DNA from: Gemmatimonadota bacterium
Lineage (GTDB): Bacteria > Gemmatimonadota > Gemmatimonadetes > Gemmatimonadales > Gemmatimonadaceae
Length of the DNA stretch: 26,263 bases
Reading direction: 5' to 3'
NCBI GenBank assembly: GCA_040389905.1
Contig: JAZJZK010000032.1
Coordinates: forward strand, 71,072-97,334
The notes beneath the pieces were generated by a model, which did no database searches, had not been told where the DNA came from, and saw only the letters and a program-made list of their open reading frames with translations. Shown piece by piece: positions 25,255 to 26,263 of the stretch. The position numbers and the translations under genes were made by a program. How positions within the stretch are numbered: the first letter of the stretch is position 1; every line of letters begins with the position of its first letter.

Positions 25255-26025
25255 TCAGCTGTCGAAGTAGAGATCCGCCACATCGGCGGCCGCGAGCTCG
25301 ACGAGAAAGTTCGCAATCGACGTGGTGACTTCGGCGGAATAGCGCGCGCCCTTCTCAGCCGTCGAGAGCGCGGGGTTTCCGACGCCGGTGTCCGCAGAGA
25401 TCTGCGTCCACCGGCGCGGTGCCCACGCCCATCCCTCGCGGAGGGCGCTCATTTTCCAGCGACGCTCCGCGCCATCGCCCGCCTCGCTCAATGGGCTCAC
25501 GAGATCCGGCGCGATATGCATCATCACGCTGGTCTCGAGCTCACCCGCGTGGTCCCCCAGATCGGCGAACACCGCTTTCGGGTCACCGACTTTGTACCAG
25601 TTGATCGCCGACAGAAACACGCTCGTCTTCGCCTGAAGCTCGCGGATCATCTGTCGAAAATCGTTGCCCCCATGACCGTTGAAGATGACCAGCTTCTTGA
25701 TGCCCTGCCCTTCGATCGCGTGTACCAGATCTGCCAGCAGCGCAGCCTGCGTCGACGGATTCATGTTCAAGCACAGCTTGATGTCGAGTTGCCCCGTGTT
25801 GACGCCGAAAGGAACGCACGGCAGCACGATGACTTTCGCACCCCGCTCCCACGCGAGACGCGCAGACTCCGCCGCGAGCACCTCGCATTGGATGTTGTCC
25901 GTCGCATACGGCAGGTGATAGTTGTGTGCCTCGGTGGCGCCCCATGGAAGCACCGCCACCTCGTATGGCGTGGCTTCCACGGTTTTCCACGTGCTTTCGG
26001 CGAGAATCCAGGGGCGTGGTATCAT
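25255..26025 (-). CDS. Creatininase/creatinine amidohydrolase family protein
   Basis: LPWGATEAHNYHLPYATD, FNGHGGN, DHAGELETS, GVGNP..TAEKG. Confidence 0.93.
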   Translation of the reverse strand: MIPRPWILAESTWKTVEATPYEVAVLPWGATEAHNYHLPYATDNIQCEVLAAESARLAWERGAKVIVLPCVPFGVNTGQLDIKLCLNMNPSTQAALLADLVHAIEGQGIKKLVIFNGHGGNDFRQMIRELQAKTSVFLSAINWYKVGDPKAVFADLGDHAGELETSVMMHIAPDLVSPLSEAGDGAERRWKMSALREGWAWAPRRWTQISADTGVGNPALSTAEKGARYSAEVTTSIANFLVELAAADVADLYFDS

Positions 26026-26038
26026 GACGGAAAGCTAT

Positions 26039-26084
26039 CGAAAACGCATGCCGTTGGGAGCGATCGCTCCCGTCACCGTTTTCG
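26039..26084. other. Hairpin upstream of the creatininase gene
   Basis: cgaaaacg ... cgttttcg enclosing the perfect palindrome gggagcgatcgctccc. Confidence 0.5.
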
Positions 26085-26109
26085 CTTGTAAGGCTCGCCA
26101 TCGAGTGTT

Positions 26110-26129
26110 CGTCCTGAAACTGCCATTTC
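26110..26129 (-). repeat. Family C terminal core
   Basis: Reverse complement gaaatggcagtttcaggacg is 19/20 identical to 12734-12753. Confidence 0.7.
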
Positions 26130-26148
26130 TGGTGCGCATCGCGCTGGA

Positions 26149-26226
26149 TGTCATCCCGAGCGAAGTCGAGGGATCTGCACCTTCAGTCTGGGTTTGAGGT
26201 GCAGACCCCTCGACTCGCTTCGCTCG
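26149..26226. repeat. Family B REP doublet (inverted pair)
   Basis: tgtcatcccgagcgaagtcgagggatctgcacct (26149-26182) / aggtgcagacccctcgactcgcttcgctcg (26197-26226). Confidence 0.88.
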
Positions 26227-26263
26227 CGAGACTGTGTAAGAACGCTCGTTGCATGGCGGTGCG

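Noticed and set aside
22530..26025. Integron cassette array (small genes separated by palindromes)
   Set aside because: No integrase, mixed gene orientation, several junctions lack repeats, and no consistent RYYYAAC/GTTRRRY attC cores noticed

Overview
High-GC bacterial chromosomal window, probably Gemmatimonadota (inferred from gene content and repeat style, not checked). It holds about 26 CDS and no rRNA, tRNA, CRISPR array, integrase or transposase. Main content: a TonB-C-like lipoprotein; two paralogous Ig-like/IPT/HEXXH metallopeptidase lipoproteins; a cyclophilin with a coupled small membrane protein; a MocR/GabR regulator next to a CBM9/DUF5916-like outer-membrane protein, with a dyad-symmetric operator; an M48 peptidase; an ABC/AAA-type ATPase divergent from an HD hydrolase; an operon of ECF sigma, putative anti-sigma, Spy-like protein, TolC, MFP and MacB-like permease that lacks an ATPase gene; and a tail of small accessory genes (BNR/YCF48 propeller, DUF5519-like, DMT/DUF486, two DinB-superfamily proteins, creatininase). 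The most striking non-coding signal is at least three families of REP/REPIN-like palindromic repeats that occupy many of the larger intergenic gaps, often as nested mosaics. A shared ECF-type promoter motif (AAC-N17-CGTA) also occurs twice. I see no clear-cut novel system; the repeat mosaics and the ATPase-less ECF efflux module are the best leads.
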